A stretch of DNA of 64,000 nt from Chrysomallon squamiferum (GCA_012295275.1 CM022673.1:21638001-21702000), one strand, 5' to 3'. Shown: positions 24,800 to 40,041, counted from the first letter of the stretch. Made by a program: numbers and translations. Notes: generated from the letters alone by a model not told the origin.

Positions 24800-25405
24800 A
24801 TAAAATTAAAAAAATTAAAAAAAAACAAAAAATTTACAAAATTGTTATTTTTGTTATTAATGTTTTGGTTTTCTGAAAACTAGTTAAATTTCAGTGAACC
24901 ACTTTTTTTTTATGCTTGTTAACAAAGCTAAATTGTATAACTGGTTTTAAAAATATTTCACTGATTTTAATATTTTATAATTTGAATAGTGTCATGTTAA
25001 AAATCATTTGATGTTCACTGGAGTATTTCTTAACCAAGACTTAGTATTCTTTCCTGTAAAATATTCTGTGCTTCTAATTGATGGTACAGCAAAGCTATTA
25101 CCTTGTGATTTAAAGTATCCACTGAAATCATAATCTGAAATAAAGTCAGCCTTTTGAAGATACAGTATGCTGATTTTAAGGGACAGTCTTAATCTTCAGG
25201 AATTCTGTTTGTGAAGGTACACACCTCAAAAAAAGAATTGAAACATGATGGACATAATTCCCTTTTGTTAACATAAAAAAATTTACTACTAGTACATTTT
25301 TCTTTTTTTTATAACAAATGGTTACATTTATTTTTGGCTTTTTAAAAAATAGAGTAGCCCATTTCATGAACCTCTCCAAACCAAACATCTTTTTGTATGT
25401 GTGTA

Positions 25406-25623
25406 CAGTGGTACCTTGAGCTACGAGTGCTCCAACTTCAGTTTTTTTAGTTATGAGCAGCTGCCTGGTTTATTTTTGGCTTTGAGTTACAAGCAAGCTT
25501 CAGATATGCCACCACTAGTTGGTGCACCGAACAACAGCATCCCGTGTCCTGTGGTTTTTGGGGGGCTGGAACAGATTAATGGTATTTCAATCAATTTCTC
25601 TTGGCAAAGTCAAGGTACCATTG
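25406..25623. mobile_element. Tc1/mariner (Tigger/pogo-type) MITE
   Basis: TIRs CAGTGGTACCTTGA / TCAAGGTACCATTG (13/14 match), preceded by TA. Non-coding, about 218 bp. Confidence 0.8.
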
Positions 25624-26713
25624 TGTGTGAGTATATATATATATATATATATGTATACATACACATTCATAGGGGTTTTGTGCATTATTGTATAATCTGT
25701 GAAACCTGAAAAAGTAAATTTTGTAACAAAAGCCGTGTCAAAAAACAAGAAAATTGTATTTATTCAAATATTGTCATTTTTTGCCTCATAAATGAATTTG
25801 AGGAATAACTAAAGATATGCCTGCAATATATTTCAAGATAATATCGGCAGGTAGGCTTGTTATTTTGTATTGTACACATCTATTTAAAGAAATTGAAGCC
25901 CAAACAAAAATAATTTTTAAAACTTTATTGATACGAGGTGTAAGAAATCTACATTCGTCTATAAAAGGAAAAAGAACATGCACTGATACATATCTGAATA
26001 CAAATTTTAATTGAAGTGTACTCAAAGGTTCACATCAAAAAGGTGAGGTGAAGCAAACATTCAGGCAGGTTCTGAGCCGTCATGAAATCTTCCACAAGGT
26101 CCAGTAGGGATTTTAAAAATTTGGGCCAGGATGCTGTTGGTCCACTTCACAATATAAGAAGGCGATAGTGAAAACTGTAACAATTTATGTAACACTAAAA
26201 AAAAAAAATTCTCTTGTGCATACAAGTATAAAAATAATAAATATAGATATCCTTTTCTGCTTAAAATGAAGAATTAAGCACCAGCTTTCAATCAAAGTAA
26301 AAAAAATGAAAGGTTACCAATAACAAAATATAAATACAGCTATACCAAAATAATAAAAATGTAATGGTGAAAATATTTTAAATTGTAACAATTTTTTTTT
26401 CAATAAATAAATTAAATTCAACAAATATACAAAAATTATGAGGAGAAATGTAAAAATGATTAAATTGTGTATTTTAATGAATTGGAACTGAAAATAACAT
26501 CTAAAATCATATGAGTTACTGAATGGATTCCTTTTTAGACCACCTGTAAAAATTAATATTATGCAAATTAACTAATAATTATGTCTAGAAATAAATGTCA
26601 CTTGTAAAAACCCTGTTGCAATGGTTGACTAGCCTTTTTCATTAAAATTAAAAAAAAATAAAAATAATTCACTTCGGAGACACACATAAACTATTTTGCT
26701 GAAAAAAAATTTA

Positions 26714-26923
26714 CAGATTGAGCATTACGTATCTGAAATATTTGTATTTATCTGGAATGTTAGTGAGGACAGGATGAAAAGTTTTTTAAATATACTTGTA
26801 TATACCCTGAAACTAATTTTGCTGAATATCTCTGTCTGAAATAAAGTTTGTGTACACTGAACATTAGAAAGACTAGCTATTGGTAATTTAAAATACGTTT
26901 TCAGATATGGAATGCACAGTCTG
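26714..26923. mobile_element. Tigger4/MER46-like MITE
   Basis: TA-CAGATTGAGCATTACGTATCTGAAA ... TTTCAGATATGGAATGCACAGTCTG-TA: 25-bp TIR with 4 mismatches and TA duplication on both sides. Confidence 0.8.
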
Positions 26924-28859
26924 TAACAATCTTGTCAACTGGTAAAACTAACATTTTAAATATTAGCTAACATTATAACTTAACAAAAAATCTTTAAAGT
27001 GAAAAAAATACATTACAAATCTGAAAATCTCTGCCACACAAATGAACCTAAAGGAAAGAAAATGAAAAACTATAAAAAAGTAATTTAAAGGGGATTACCT
27101 TCAGTTTATTAAAGTAGTCATTCTTCATTATATTTTCATAATGTGTTTTTTATTTTTTTATTTTTATTTTTTTAAAGGTACCGTGCTCATTAAATTCCTA
27201 GTTGTTATATGGAACAATCTGTAATCTACAATAATTTGAAAAAGAAGAACATCACAGGTTTAAATAGTCTAATGTGAAGTTGGGCTGAGTTTTGAATTTG
27301 ATATCCTTAAAAATGTTCTAAAATTTGTAAAATTTATAAAATGCCAAAATGTGGTTTAACAGATAAATATCTGTTTTAAATGTTTTCATATTCATTAGAT
27401 TTTAATACATTCTTATGCAAAGTTCTCAAATAATAAAACCAAACGATCATTAACATAAGATGTTTGTATAAAATGTTCTTTACATTTTAGTACTTTCTAA
27501 TGCATCTGTACCATTTAACAAAACTTTTTAAATGTTTCTAGATTAAAAACAAATGTAACAATCAACTAACAGCAACATTAAAAAAAATATATATATTTTA
27601 ACATTATTTGATGTCAAACACAAATTATGAAGCAAAGTAATAAAAACGTTAAATATATATTTGTACAAGAAAGATTTAAATTTTTCTACAAGTTTCAGTT
27701 TTTCTTTTACTATACTGTAAGTTTGAAATGTCTCTAAACTAGTTTTTAACCACAGCAAAGGCTAAGTTATTCTGCAAGCTAATAACAATCCAATAAATAA
27801 TTCTTCAGAGAGAATGAAAAGTTAGTCCCTGTTTTAAAAAAAGGCATCTCCACCAATGGATTTAAATGAAAAAGTTAAAAAAAACAGCATTATAACCATT
27901 TAGTATTACTTAACACAGCAATCCCATACTGACATACTGGATAATGCTACCAGTAAGAATAAGAATAAATCATGTATGAAGTTTCATTTATTTCTCTTTG
28001 TCATTTCATTTTAAACAGGGAATATCTTCTCAATGACCCTGTTAATATAAATAATACTAGCATTTAGAAAAAGAAAAAAAAAGAATTACCTGATAATTTA
28101 GCATCCTTTCACAAGCCACCAGGAGTAGAATCAATGTCAGATTAACAATAAGCCAGTTAAACCTCCTCAGGTTTCTGTAAATCTGAATTTTCTCTCCTGA
28201 AGTGTCTACCAGATGCACAGTCAATAAGTACAAAAAACATCTGACATGCAACACAACATACATATTTCAAAAATCAAGAATAGTTGTTAAAGCTGCATTT
28301 TTTTCTGGGTTTGGGGTTTTTTGGACGTTGAAGGAATACCTTTTCTAGCAAATTTGTAAAAATAAATAACACACCAATTCACAATTTAAAATTACTCCTT
28401 GGACATCAAACTCTATAAATTACTTGTACATTTATGTTGATGGCTAAATATATCTGGCATCCTGAACTTAAATTCTCCACATTGTAAGTATAAATATGAG
28501 AAAAATCAACATACTCTAATTAAAAACATGTAACAGTACACCACACTGAAAACCGTTAGAGTCAAATTTAGTTTTATATGGATTGGTTAGAAAAAGGACA
28601 CATCACCTGTTATGAGTAAAACATAACAAGAACTATTTATTTCTTGACTGAAATATGACTAGATAACTTTAGTTTTTATTTGATGTGCTGAGATTAAACT
28701 CAACAAATATACATTTAATAAATTATTTGAGATAAAATTTCTACAATTCCATAGATGACCTAAAAAAACCCGTATCTGAACAACACATATTCTCTTTTTC
28801 AAAACCTTACATTGCAATGTTATATATCAACCAAATCTATCTGTATGTGTGTGTTTGTG

Positions 28860-28890
<31 letters not shown>

Positions 28891-31119
28891 TGTGAGTGCA
28901 CGAATTGAAAGCATAAGTTATCTCCTTTATTATTTTTTTACTTTACATACACTAACATGGAGAAAATGAATGTGACATGTATATTATTTAAAAACAAACA
29001 AATTAAAAGTGAGGTGTACAGAAATAACTCATTTTTCATATGTCAGGTTACATATAAACAAGTATGCTAACAAAAAAAATAACAACACCTAAACAAAACA
29101 AAATAAAACCATACTTCATTATCCACTATGTAAAAACACAAAACAGAACAAAAAGTAAAATCTGTAAAATCATAAACGTAACAGTTGCTGTGCTCTGATA
29201 ATTTCTTAACAATTATCTTGAATAAAAAATCAACATTTCAAAGTCATTTCATACTAAAATCAGTGAAATTAAATATAAATATATTGCTGTAAGTGGAAAT
29301 AAATGCAAAGCACTATTGACTATGATAAATAAAATATACTGTAATGTGACAGTTTCACAAACATGTGTATGTTAGACATTAACACAGATAGAGAAAGTAA
29401 GAGAAATGGACAGTTAAAATAAAATAAAAATTGTAAATAAACATTTTGATTCACAGTTTGATTTGTTACCATGACAGGTCTCATTAGCACATAATTTATT
29501 TAACTCTATCACTTTCCCCATCATAAAACTACTAAACTAAATTACTGAAAAATTACCAGTAATATCTGAAACATTAGGTAACATTAACATGTTCTATGAA
29601 TATAAATATCTGATTATATTATTATATAAGATTAATCAACTAAAGGTATATTTTAAAATTACTGACTAGCAAAAGTGTATGTTTAAGTTAACATTATTAT
29701 TATTGTATTACTTTGTTTTTATTGTGGTTTGTTATAAATAATTTGCCACCCTGTTTGTTCCTAAGTACAAATACTGAAATAACTGTCCGTATATTAAGAA
29801 TGCATAAAACATGCATGTGTTTGTAATTTTAACATTTTACAGATGCTGAAATATTAATTACAATATTAATTATAACTAAAACCAAGTATTAAAACTGGAT
29901 TAAGCCTTATTTAAAATTTAGAAGATGGTAAGATAATAAATATATAAACAATAAATAATATTCTGGCCATTCCATGTTCTTTTTTTTTTTTTTCTTTTTT
30001 TTTTTTTACAAATATCTGTAAAAATAAGAGTCAAATAAACTGTGAAAAATACCATCAGTGATCAGTATTGAAATTTAGTTTTTAAAAAAGTGGGGCTGAC
30101 ATGTCATGAAGTAAACAAGCTCCTAGCAGACATCCACCCATCACTGTAAATATTTGTATTGCATATTTGTAACTTTCACAACAAAGATCCAAGTGAAATG
30201 AAATTTGCAGATGTCTGTTAATGACAAAATATTTGAAAAGAAACAGGAGTAGCAATAAAAATGTATATCAATAATCTGTGCCAATACTTCATTTAAAGGC
30301 ATTAGTCAGTTACGAGATAAAAACATGAAACAGTGTTTTAGAAAATGCAGTTATTTCCAAGTAATTTCAGATGGATAACAAAATTTTGATAATGAAAAAG
30401 AACCTTGTAGCTTAATCAAAAAATCTTTTCAAGAACATTTATCTATTCTATATATGATCATTTTAAAAATGAAATCATCAAATATCTAATTATTTGAAAT
30501 AAATGTTTGATTGTAACAGTGCCGTGTCATCCAGATAAAGGTAAATATGTTTGTACATTTCAGACATTTTTATCATAAACTATTTAATAAAAAACAAAAA
30601 ACAATTCTACAATTTACATGATCCTTTCAACTGACTCTAACACAGAATGGCCTATATATTATTTAATATAGTGATGTAAAATAGTAATGTATCACTGTCC
30701 ATAGCAGAGGATATTACGTCAGTGAAATAATACATTAATTTGAACATTTTAATAATAAATCTGTAGAATGTGTAAGCACCACAACATCAAAGACTTAGTT
30801 AACTCATTCCATAAATGCTAATCTGAATGAGACACAAACAAAAAAAAAAATTATTATTATTTTTTGAAAGTTTACAATATTATTATGTAATTCTATTAAA
30901 CATCTGTTCATTAATAACAATTAAAACATTTTAACAAAAAAGAAAAATACACTGATACATTTGCTTTAAATACAAGTGGTGGAAATGCTTTTCAAAAATC
31001 AAAGCTAATTAACTATTTTTATCAAAAGAGTGTTGTTAACTCTTTTTACCCTTTGTGCAATTTGTATTTTATTGCACATATATATTATTACTACAGTAAA
31101 TTCTGGCATAATTATAATA

Positions 31120-31409
31120 CAGATTGATAATCCCTTATCTAAAATCCAAAATTTGTGCTAGCAGCCAAAACGGTTTATCTTACAGTTGTCTAAACATTTA
31201 GCATGTACATACTATTTCATGAATTAAAATCAAAAATATTTTTTAAAACATCATGCAGACTATCTGTTTATGCTGTTTATGAAATATAAATGGAATTTTT
31301 ATTTATTAATTTAGACTTAAATCCTATTCTCTGGTTATAGTCCTTATATTCCAAAATAAAATAAAAATTCTGAATACCAAAACATTTTGGATAAAGGATC
31401 CTCAACTAG
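31120..31409. mobile_element. Tigger4(Zombi)/MER46-like MITE, copy A
   Basis: TA-CAGATTGATAATCCCTTATC ... GATAAAGGATCCTCAACTAG-TA. Internal segment TATGAAATATAAATGGAATT...TTTAGACTTAAATCCTATTCTC...CCTTATATTCCAAAA is shared with copy B at 43862-44167. Confidence 0.75.
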
Positions 31410-32099
31410 TAACAAAACATAGTAGAAATATATATATTTTTTAAATCACTAATAATTTATAAATATTTAAAAAATACTGATTACTGTTTGTTTGTGTCTT
31501 TCACATGTTTCTGTTCTTGCATCCTGATGCAAAAGTAATAACTAATCAAATATTTTAAAATTCCAAACAATAAACTCTTTTCAAATATCATTCCGAATTT
31601 ATCTATCTTAAATCTCTGAACACTGAACATATGAAATGTTTTTAGAAATGATAGCTAACAATTTTCATCTGCAAACATTTTTCTTTGTATAATTTGTATT
31701 TTATTGCAACTGCTATATATATGTAGTAACTGAATGAAAATAAAATAAAACTGCAATAAAATTTTAAAATGAAATTAAAATTTGTTAAAAATTACTTAAT
31801 TACTTGTTTGATAATCTTAATCTCTTTCATCTGTTTTAGCAAAATTAGCATCAGTGAGGAAATAAGAAAGAAAATGGAACTCTTAAAATTGCTTTTACAC
31901 TTTAGTAGTCAGATGAAATGCACCAAAATAACAGGAAATGCTAAAACATGCATTACTTCATAAAAACAGATAAATTTAATATAAAAGCTCATTAAAATAA
32001 TATTTTGTCAAATGTAGTAGTTGCTAAAGAGCCTTAGTAAAATGTCTTCCTTCCTACAAAAACCTGGAGTTATTATTATGTATTTAATTTACATTTTCT

Positions 32100-35000
32100 T
32101 CACGATTTCTTTTTGCTGCCATTACTTTTAGGGGAGATAATTCCATTCTGGTTGTTCAGTTTTGCCTGCTCAGTTTTGTCAGCCAGTTTGTCTATGCCAT
32201 CATCAGAAAAATCTTCATCACTTGCACTTCTGATATCTTTACCAAGCTGCAAGTCAAAAATATGTGATGTAATTAAATTTATTTGGGAATAATTAACATA
32301 TAAATTTGCAAAAATGAATCTGCTAAATTTATAAATTATGTAGGTAAAACTTATTCTATTTTTTCTTCTTATTTTTATATTTTTTACTTACTTATTATTG
32401 TTTCTTGCAAATAAATAATAAATATAAAATTGTAATAAAAATTGCAACTGCTCACTTCTCCTTTCTTCAAAGCAGCAAAGGACATCTTCATGATGATGTA
32501 AAACCAGAAGATGTGTAGAATCTGCAGAGTAATGAGCAGGATGTTGTACACATAGTACACGTTGCAGAAACCAACAATTCGATGAGCTTCAAAAAGTGTT
32601 GACCGAATAATCCTGAAAGAAAGAAAAAATTAAAAAGTTACTGAAAAATAATGAAAAAAGAAACATGGTTTCACTTACACAAATTCAAGACTTTACATAC
32701 ACGCTCAATTCTGTTTAAAGAATGGACAGTTTAGAAATTCAGACTTGATGACAAAAAAGAATATTGATTAAACTAAATGTCTCAGTGCATGTTAAACTGA
32801 ATTTTCTACACTAAAAGTTATTGTGATGTGGATTGTTTGGAGTGGGTAATTTTTAAATGGATTTATTGATGTAAACCAGAGAAAATGTGCATGAAACAGC
32901 TAGTAGAAATACAATAAACAGCTGTTGCAGGGATTGCATGCTTTGTGAAAGACACATGAACATTCTTGTCCAGTGTTCATCATAAAAGGTCAGACATTCA
33001 GACAAAATTCAGACACAAATGGAGTGACACTTAATTAACAGCTTGAATTAACTAAAGTACGATAGAATTAACATTACTATTTTTAGCATTTTTAATTTTA
33101 ATCAAACACAGCAAGATAATTTTTGTTACATATATATATTCTACTCTAACATAATTTATTTTATGTCACAAAATAAGTCAGTAAGTAATAAAATATGTGA
33201 AATAAGAATAATAATAATAATAATAATAAATAACTTACTTGAATGGGAAAAACATCATACGTGTTAAGATCCACACCAAAACAAATATTGTGAACATGGT
33301 GTCACACAGTCTTTGTTTTTTAATGTACTTTGCCATTTTTCCTGCCTTCAAAAGAAAACAAAAGAACGTTGTATATTAAAAAAACTTTAAACAGGTGGTG
33401 TATTTGCTGACACCCTTTCCTTTCACTAATGTAACTGAACTTTTGTACCCATCTCTACACTTTTGTAAATGTTTTGAAACTGTTAAATAGTAGTGAGTGA
33501 AAGAAATAACAGAGATTTTAAAGTAATGGAGCATTTCCATGATGATAAAACAGCACATAGACAGCAGAAAATATGTTAAATAATTATTTAATACTGCCAT
33601 GAATTTATAACTTTATATAATGGTAGAATATGTAAATAATTCACAAGCATAGTAATATTATTATATGATTTAATATCAAATGAAATGAGAAGTTCTAATA
33701 ATTAAATCTTACATGCTAATAAAACTTTATAAAATATTTTTTAACCTTTTTCTGATAATGTTAGAAAGACTGTTCTCAGTTTCTCTTTTCATTGTGACTA
33801 AAGGCAATTCTACATGCACTTTTCTTTAGAATAATTTATTCAAAGTTTTTGTTTAAGTAACATCCGGAAAATATGCACTATGTAGTCCACACTCCACAGT
33901 GTCATTTTAATCAAAATCAGTATGTCACTGATAATTATATAATAAAAGAGTTATCAACAAAGTAAAAGTCTTTACAGTTTGTACAGTTACCTCAAGCCAG
34001 TAGTCCACAGCATCATGTACAACAAGTACCATGCAGCCAACGCGTACCATGTTCTGGCTCCATGACAGAAACATTAGTCCCAGTGTTGCCATGTGATGAA
34101 TTGTCATCTCTGTGAAATCCTGAATAATTTTTTTTTTTTAAATTACTATGATATATAAAAAAAAGTGGTGTAATATAACATTAATAAATTCAAATAAAAA
34201 ATGGATAACTGAAGAAAATATAAATATTGAAATTAACTGTGTAAACATTTGAACAGCTTGCAAAATTAATTTGAAATAAATGAAGTGTAAGTTCATAAAC
34301 GCTCATAATCATAAGGTTAAAAGCAAAATAAATGCTTTCTGTCACTGTATGGTGAAGAGTAACTTATGCAATTTTTTTTTTCTTCTTTTAAATATTACTG
34401 ACAACTGTACTGAAGTTGGTCTGTGTTTGAGTGTGCAGCAGTTGTAACATTTTCTTAGTCTATAAAACTTGATACATCTCTACAGCCATAGAATACACAT
34501 TAATTCAAATGGCTGAATCAAATACTGTTTTTATCATATCATTTTAGCAACAAGAATGATGCAGAATATAAAATACTAATTAATTGTATTAAATCACATA
34601 ATAACATTAATACAGCTTACTTTCCTTCTGACATCTCTACACTGAGACATGATCAGTGAGATATAAAAAGCAGACTCAAAGGCATAGTACCAGTACATAT
34701 CACTCGATACATGCTGAAATCAGAAAAATAATAATAATAAAAAATCATATAGAAATAATGTACATTACTGGAAAATAAAAAAATGTGTGTGTTTTGGAAG
34801 AGATACACAGGGAGTATGTATGTATGTATGTATGTACATGTATGTGTTAGTGCTGCATGTGTACTAAAGAAAAGTACATGTAAAAGTGTGTGTAGGTGTG
34901 ACTAAGAACAATAAATCATTTAAATCTTTGAATAGGAGCATCATATTTATAATTCATCTGTTTAAAGTAGACAAACAAGCACTAATGTATAATGTATGAC

Positions 35001-38000
35001 AACAAAATAAACAAAAAGTATTTACATGATGAGGATATCCTTTCCACCACTGCTCTGAAACCAGTGCCCATGGTTTCTGAAACAAGGAAATTGATATCGG
35101 ATTTAAAATACTTCAGAGTATCTACTTTTCTTAATTAACTATTTAGAATATAAATTTATATTAACTAAATATAAATAAATTATAAATCAGTATACAATAC
35201 ATTTTTGTTAAAACTGAACTATGATATTAATTTCAATTTAAAGTTCTTGTCTGGTCTGATAAAAAAAAATATTTATAAACCAAGTTTAAATGTTTTCTGA
35301 TTTTGTTTTACAGTTTGGGTGCCTCCTATCATAACTACATATTAAGCAGGCATTGTGTGTGTGTATGTATGTGTGTGTGTGTGCATCATATATCATCTCA
35401 CTTAATTCCTCGTATTCTTCCAAGTTTCATTACCTAAAGGTAGCTTATATAAAGAAAAAATTTAAATTACAATTAATAGATTCCTTTTTTCTCTTTTTTT
35501 TTAACCTTTTCTGGCATGCATTATATGCATGGTCTTTCAAGACAGAAATCCTAAACACTGAATACATTTCATCCTCTATTAAAAACTGTGTCTAATGTTA
35601 ATTATGGATGTCACTATACAAGTATTTAATAATAACAACTCACGTTGTAGAGTATGAATACACCATACCAGAATGCTATGATGTAGAACATAAATCTCCA
35701 ACTGTGGAAGAAACAATATTAAGAAACACTAATTAAATTGTTCATTTTAACACCAGCTTTTTACAATTTTTCTGGTGTCATTTAGATATAATTTGTGACT
35801 TGCTATATGCATTTTATAAACTCCTGCAGTAAAATATCAACTGAAATACACATCCATAGAACATAATTATAAAAGCATATTTCAATTAATATCAATTAAT
35901 TTCAATTAATCGGTTATGACTACTTGAATACATAATGTGTTGAAATATAAGACAATCAACATTTATTGTTCCAAACAATTGTGATCAAAATACAGATACA
36001 CACATACATGGTCTCTTTAGTGATGCAAATACTTTAAATGATTTTTATTTTTATTAACTGATTGTTTATTTTAACTTATCAATATTGTTTTCTTCTGAAA
36101 AAATATGACATATTTTTAAAGAGGTTACTAAATTGCATCCATTTGTAAAAATCAGATTGCAACAAAAATAAAGTATAAGAAATGGAATATGTTGATTTTA
36201 AAATGATTCACAGTTGCTGAGAATTGATGTAGTGTCATTTATTATTTTATAAGAACATGCGACTTTTTAATGTGTATGCATGTGTATTGATGTATATGCA
36301 GGTGTTCATGTACATGTCACAGGAAAAACAATCCCTGACACCTTTGTAACAATTAACCCAGACCCTCAGGTGGTACATTTTAATTTTTAGAGAGATAAAT
36401 AAAATACAAACTAGTAGGATTATCTACATATATTTTTATTATAACAAATTAAATTCACATAAAACTTATGAATTTTGGACAACATGTCTTTATCAAAACA
36501 CTCAGACTATACCTTGCTTCTCCAAATTTTGACAATATGTTTGGCCTGGCCTGAACCCTTCTCAGTCGAAACCATCGTTCAATCTGACGTACACTTAAAT
36601 CAGTCTGTTTTGATACTCCCTGCAGATATTAAGCATAATAAATAAAAATTTCTAAATTTATTTTTTTCTCAAAATAAACAGCTTTAAATAATACCATTTG
36701 TAATGAATCTATTACAATTTAAAAGTGATTTAATGGATGTTTGACAAAAGAAAAAGATAATGAAATAACTGAAACCCAAATTTTCAATTCGTAGGGTATT
36801 CCACCTTTCTGAGTTCAAGCAAATAAAAATCACATAAAAACACATATATTAATTATTAACTGAAATGGCAGATGCAGTAACTTCAAGCTTAAATAATTTA
36901 AATTCCAAATGGGTAAGTGTTCAACAATACAAAAAATGTGTTATGTTTACCTCTATCTCAGAATAATCTGGATATTTCTTTTTCCTGAAAATCTCTTCCA
37001 AAAGAGGATATGGTCGACATTTGGGAACATAATCTTTCAAACCACAATACCTCCCAAAAGGACGAGCTATGTACCTGAAACAAAATGCTGTCGTTTTATA
37101 TAATTATCAACGTATGCGTGTACACTAGTATCGGTAATTCCATGGTAACAAAATAACAATTCACAACATTCTATGATATGTCAAACATTTTGCAACATAC
37201 TGAAGCAATTTAAAATAAAGAATATGATTTTTAAAAATTCTATAAAATTATGAAACTACTGATTTTTAATAACAGAAATACTCAAATGAAAAAAGTTCAT
37301 CTAATATATGCTTTTGAAATGCTTGATGGACACATATCATTTCTCTTGCCATATATTGATACAGATTGTTTTGCTTTACTTTACTTTATATTATTATTAT
37401 TATTATTATTATTATAATTATTATTAACTTTTTTTTTTAAATCTGATTAATCATTATATAAATGCAAAAGATTAAAAAAAAGAATTGACATTATCACTGT
37501 GTGTTAAACACTGAAACCCACAAAATCAGCATTCACATCATACACACCTACAGTTAATAAAAACATACATACACTGTAAAAAATACATACAGGTAAATTA
37601 AATAAAAATTAATATTATGTATACCTTGTAAATAAATGTGTGTGTACATATGCAATACATGTTTCTAACTATGTTATTAATATTATAGATTGTTATAAAA
37701 AAAAAAGTAATATATTTTTAATTTCTTATGATTTTTTATTCTATTTTATTTTATTTTGTATTTATTTATTTATTTTCTTCTTATTCTTCTTTTGTTTTTA
37801 CCTGGTTTTTTTTGTACATTCCACTGATATATGGCTCAATATACATATTTATTTTTAACTGGTATCAAAATGTTCTTCCACAAAGGTTTTCAGTCATTAG
37901 TAAAAAATGTGTCTTAATGTTCTGTTATACCAGATTACTGGTATAAAACTATTTGAGGCTTTATTGTTAAGAGTGTGTTATCTACAGAAATTTATGAACT

Positions 38001-39733
38001 GAACAAGTATTAAATATACAATATAAAGTATCATTAGGCTTTTATTACTCAGACTAATATTTTACAGCTGTAAAACACGTTTGTAGCTGTCAGACTGGAA
38101 GCTGATATCAATTAACTGCAAAGAACATTTTGTACTGTAGTTGTTGAATAAACAGTGATTTGGCAGAGACCAACCTCATCAAAGACTGCCTCAGGCAAAA
38201 CCCCTTGTAGAAAGCATTTATATATCTGTACAAGTGAATGTACTCAAGAATGAAAACAAACAAACAATTTCACCTAAATGATCTAACAACACACTGGTTA
38301 ATTACATTTTAAAACAAAAGTAATTATTTAATTATTACTTCAGTTCATAATTAAAATACAGAGAAATATGAAACTTTATATTCTCTAAGATGAATATGAG
38401 AAAAATGCATAATTTATTAGTATTAACCAATAAAACAGTAAAACCATCATTTCATTTTTTTTTTTTTTTTTTTTTTTACTTTCTCAGTTTTCATGAAATC
38501 CAGAATTTTTAGTAAAAGGCCTTATTAAATACAGATTAAATATAGCTTGTCAAAAATGTTACTTGGTCAGAATGTGTTGGCTTCAATCTGGACAACATAT
38601 TATTTTGCACAGATGAAACAGACTGCCAACAACAACAACATAAATAAATAAATTTAAAAAAATAAAACAATGAGGTAAATTATGAATTATAAAAATATAT
38701 ATGTTGTTTCAAATCTAGTAACTTGTAAGTGATGATCCCTAACATTTTAACCATTTGCTCAATATTATGTTTTAAATACTGTAATGTATTTATCATTTGA
38801 AAATATTTCTAATTTATTATATATTTAAGTATCTTATTTTTATAAAGCCACAGTTATATAAACTTAGTGCACACACAATAACATTACCATTGTAATATTA
38901 ATAGTTCTAGAATTCCACTCAATCAAATGACATTCATTCAGTTATAAAAGTTATAATCATCTATTCATACACTGACATCGTTAATATTTGGATATTAATT
39001 TATGATCTCATTTTTATTCTGTCATGACATTAATAAATATGGATTGTTTATGATTATTAACATAACATTATTTGTTTTTCTTTAACAATTTCATTCTGGA
39101 ACAACAAGTTCGAGAATTTTTCAGAACTTTTTTGTTGCTCTGGGATGTTTGTTTTTGTTGTTTTATTCTTCCTCTGAGTTTTTTCCTTATTTTATTTTAT
39201 TTTTGTTACGATTCTAAACTTGTTGTCATATACGAACACTATCAAATATTCGTTACATTATCATCATTAATTTAATGGTATTAAGCATTAGCCGATCAGC
39301 ATGATAATGATCACTCAATTCGACACTATCACTTCAGTGTATTCACATTTGCAATGGGAAAGTAAATTCCGATATTCAAACACAGGCATTTTTAAATTAA
39401 ATGTAATATAAAAGATGTAATTTTCTCTGAAAGCAGATAATATATAATACTCTTATTCGACTCAGAAATAATAATTGCTGCAAACAAAAGTCTCAAAAGA
39501 TTGATTATTTTGATCAATTGATGAACATCATTTCTCTTCATGACTCACCTTTCAAATAAAATTCGTATCACACACAATAATATTGCTAACGGTATAGGAA
39601 CCAGTAAGTCCGAAATCTGAGGATGATATATTCCATTATCAACATTTTTGAAGTCATCCCAAGTCACCGGTTTTGGCAACCAAAACCATGGGCTCCAGAA
39701 CCCGTTGCGAACAGCCTCCCACAGCGTCGCCAT
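32100..39733 (-). CDS. CERS: Ceramide synthase (Lag1/TLC domain plus Hox-like domain; CERS5/6, Schlank-like), 385 aa
   Basis: Minus-strand exons 39733-39549, 37074-36951, 36619-36513, 35701-35644, 35076-35026, 34713-34621, 34119-33991, 33345-33239 (AAG acceptor), 32612-32456, 32246-32100, total 1158 nt. FWSPWFWLP..TWDDF, Hox-like RQIERWFRLRR, KFGEASWRF.FY, Lag1p motif RRKDFTEMTIHH...VHDAVDYWLE, LQILHIFWF, KDIRS plus acidic tail, C-terminal KKKS (KKxx ER-retrieval type). Confidence 0.96.
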
Positions 39734-39895
39734 TGCACACACTATCAGAATCACGCGAGAATTTGTGAGATTTTATTATTATGCCGCATTAATAGAATCT
39801 AATTATAATTTGTATGCATAAACATTTTTTTGTGAAAAATGTAAATGTGATTGAACTATTGACTTTGACGTTGAAATATGGATATAACACGTCTA

Positions 39896-39935
<40 letters not shown>

Positions 39936-40009
39936 TATAGCTAACAGGCATGTAGTTCTTCATAATTATGTGAAACTTTCAAAAACAAAAATAAATAAAT
40001 AAATAAAAA

Positions 40010-40041
<32 letters not shown>

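Noticed and set aside
25401-25709. 102-aa ORF downstream of RPL27
   Set aside because: Overlaps a non-coding MITE and a (TA)n tract; no transposase or other motif.
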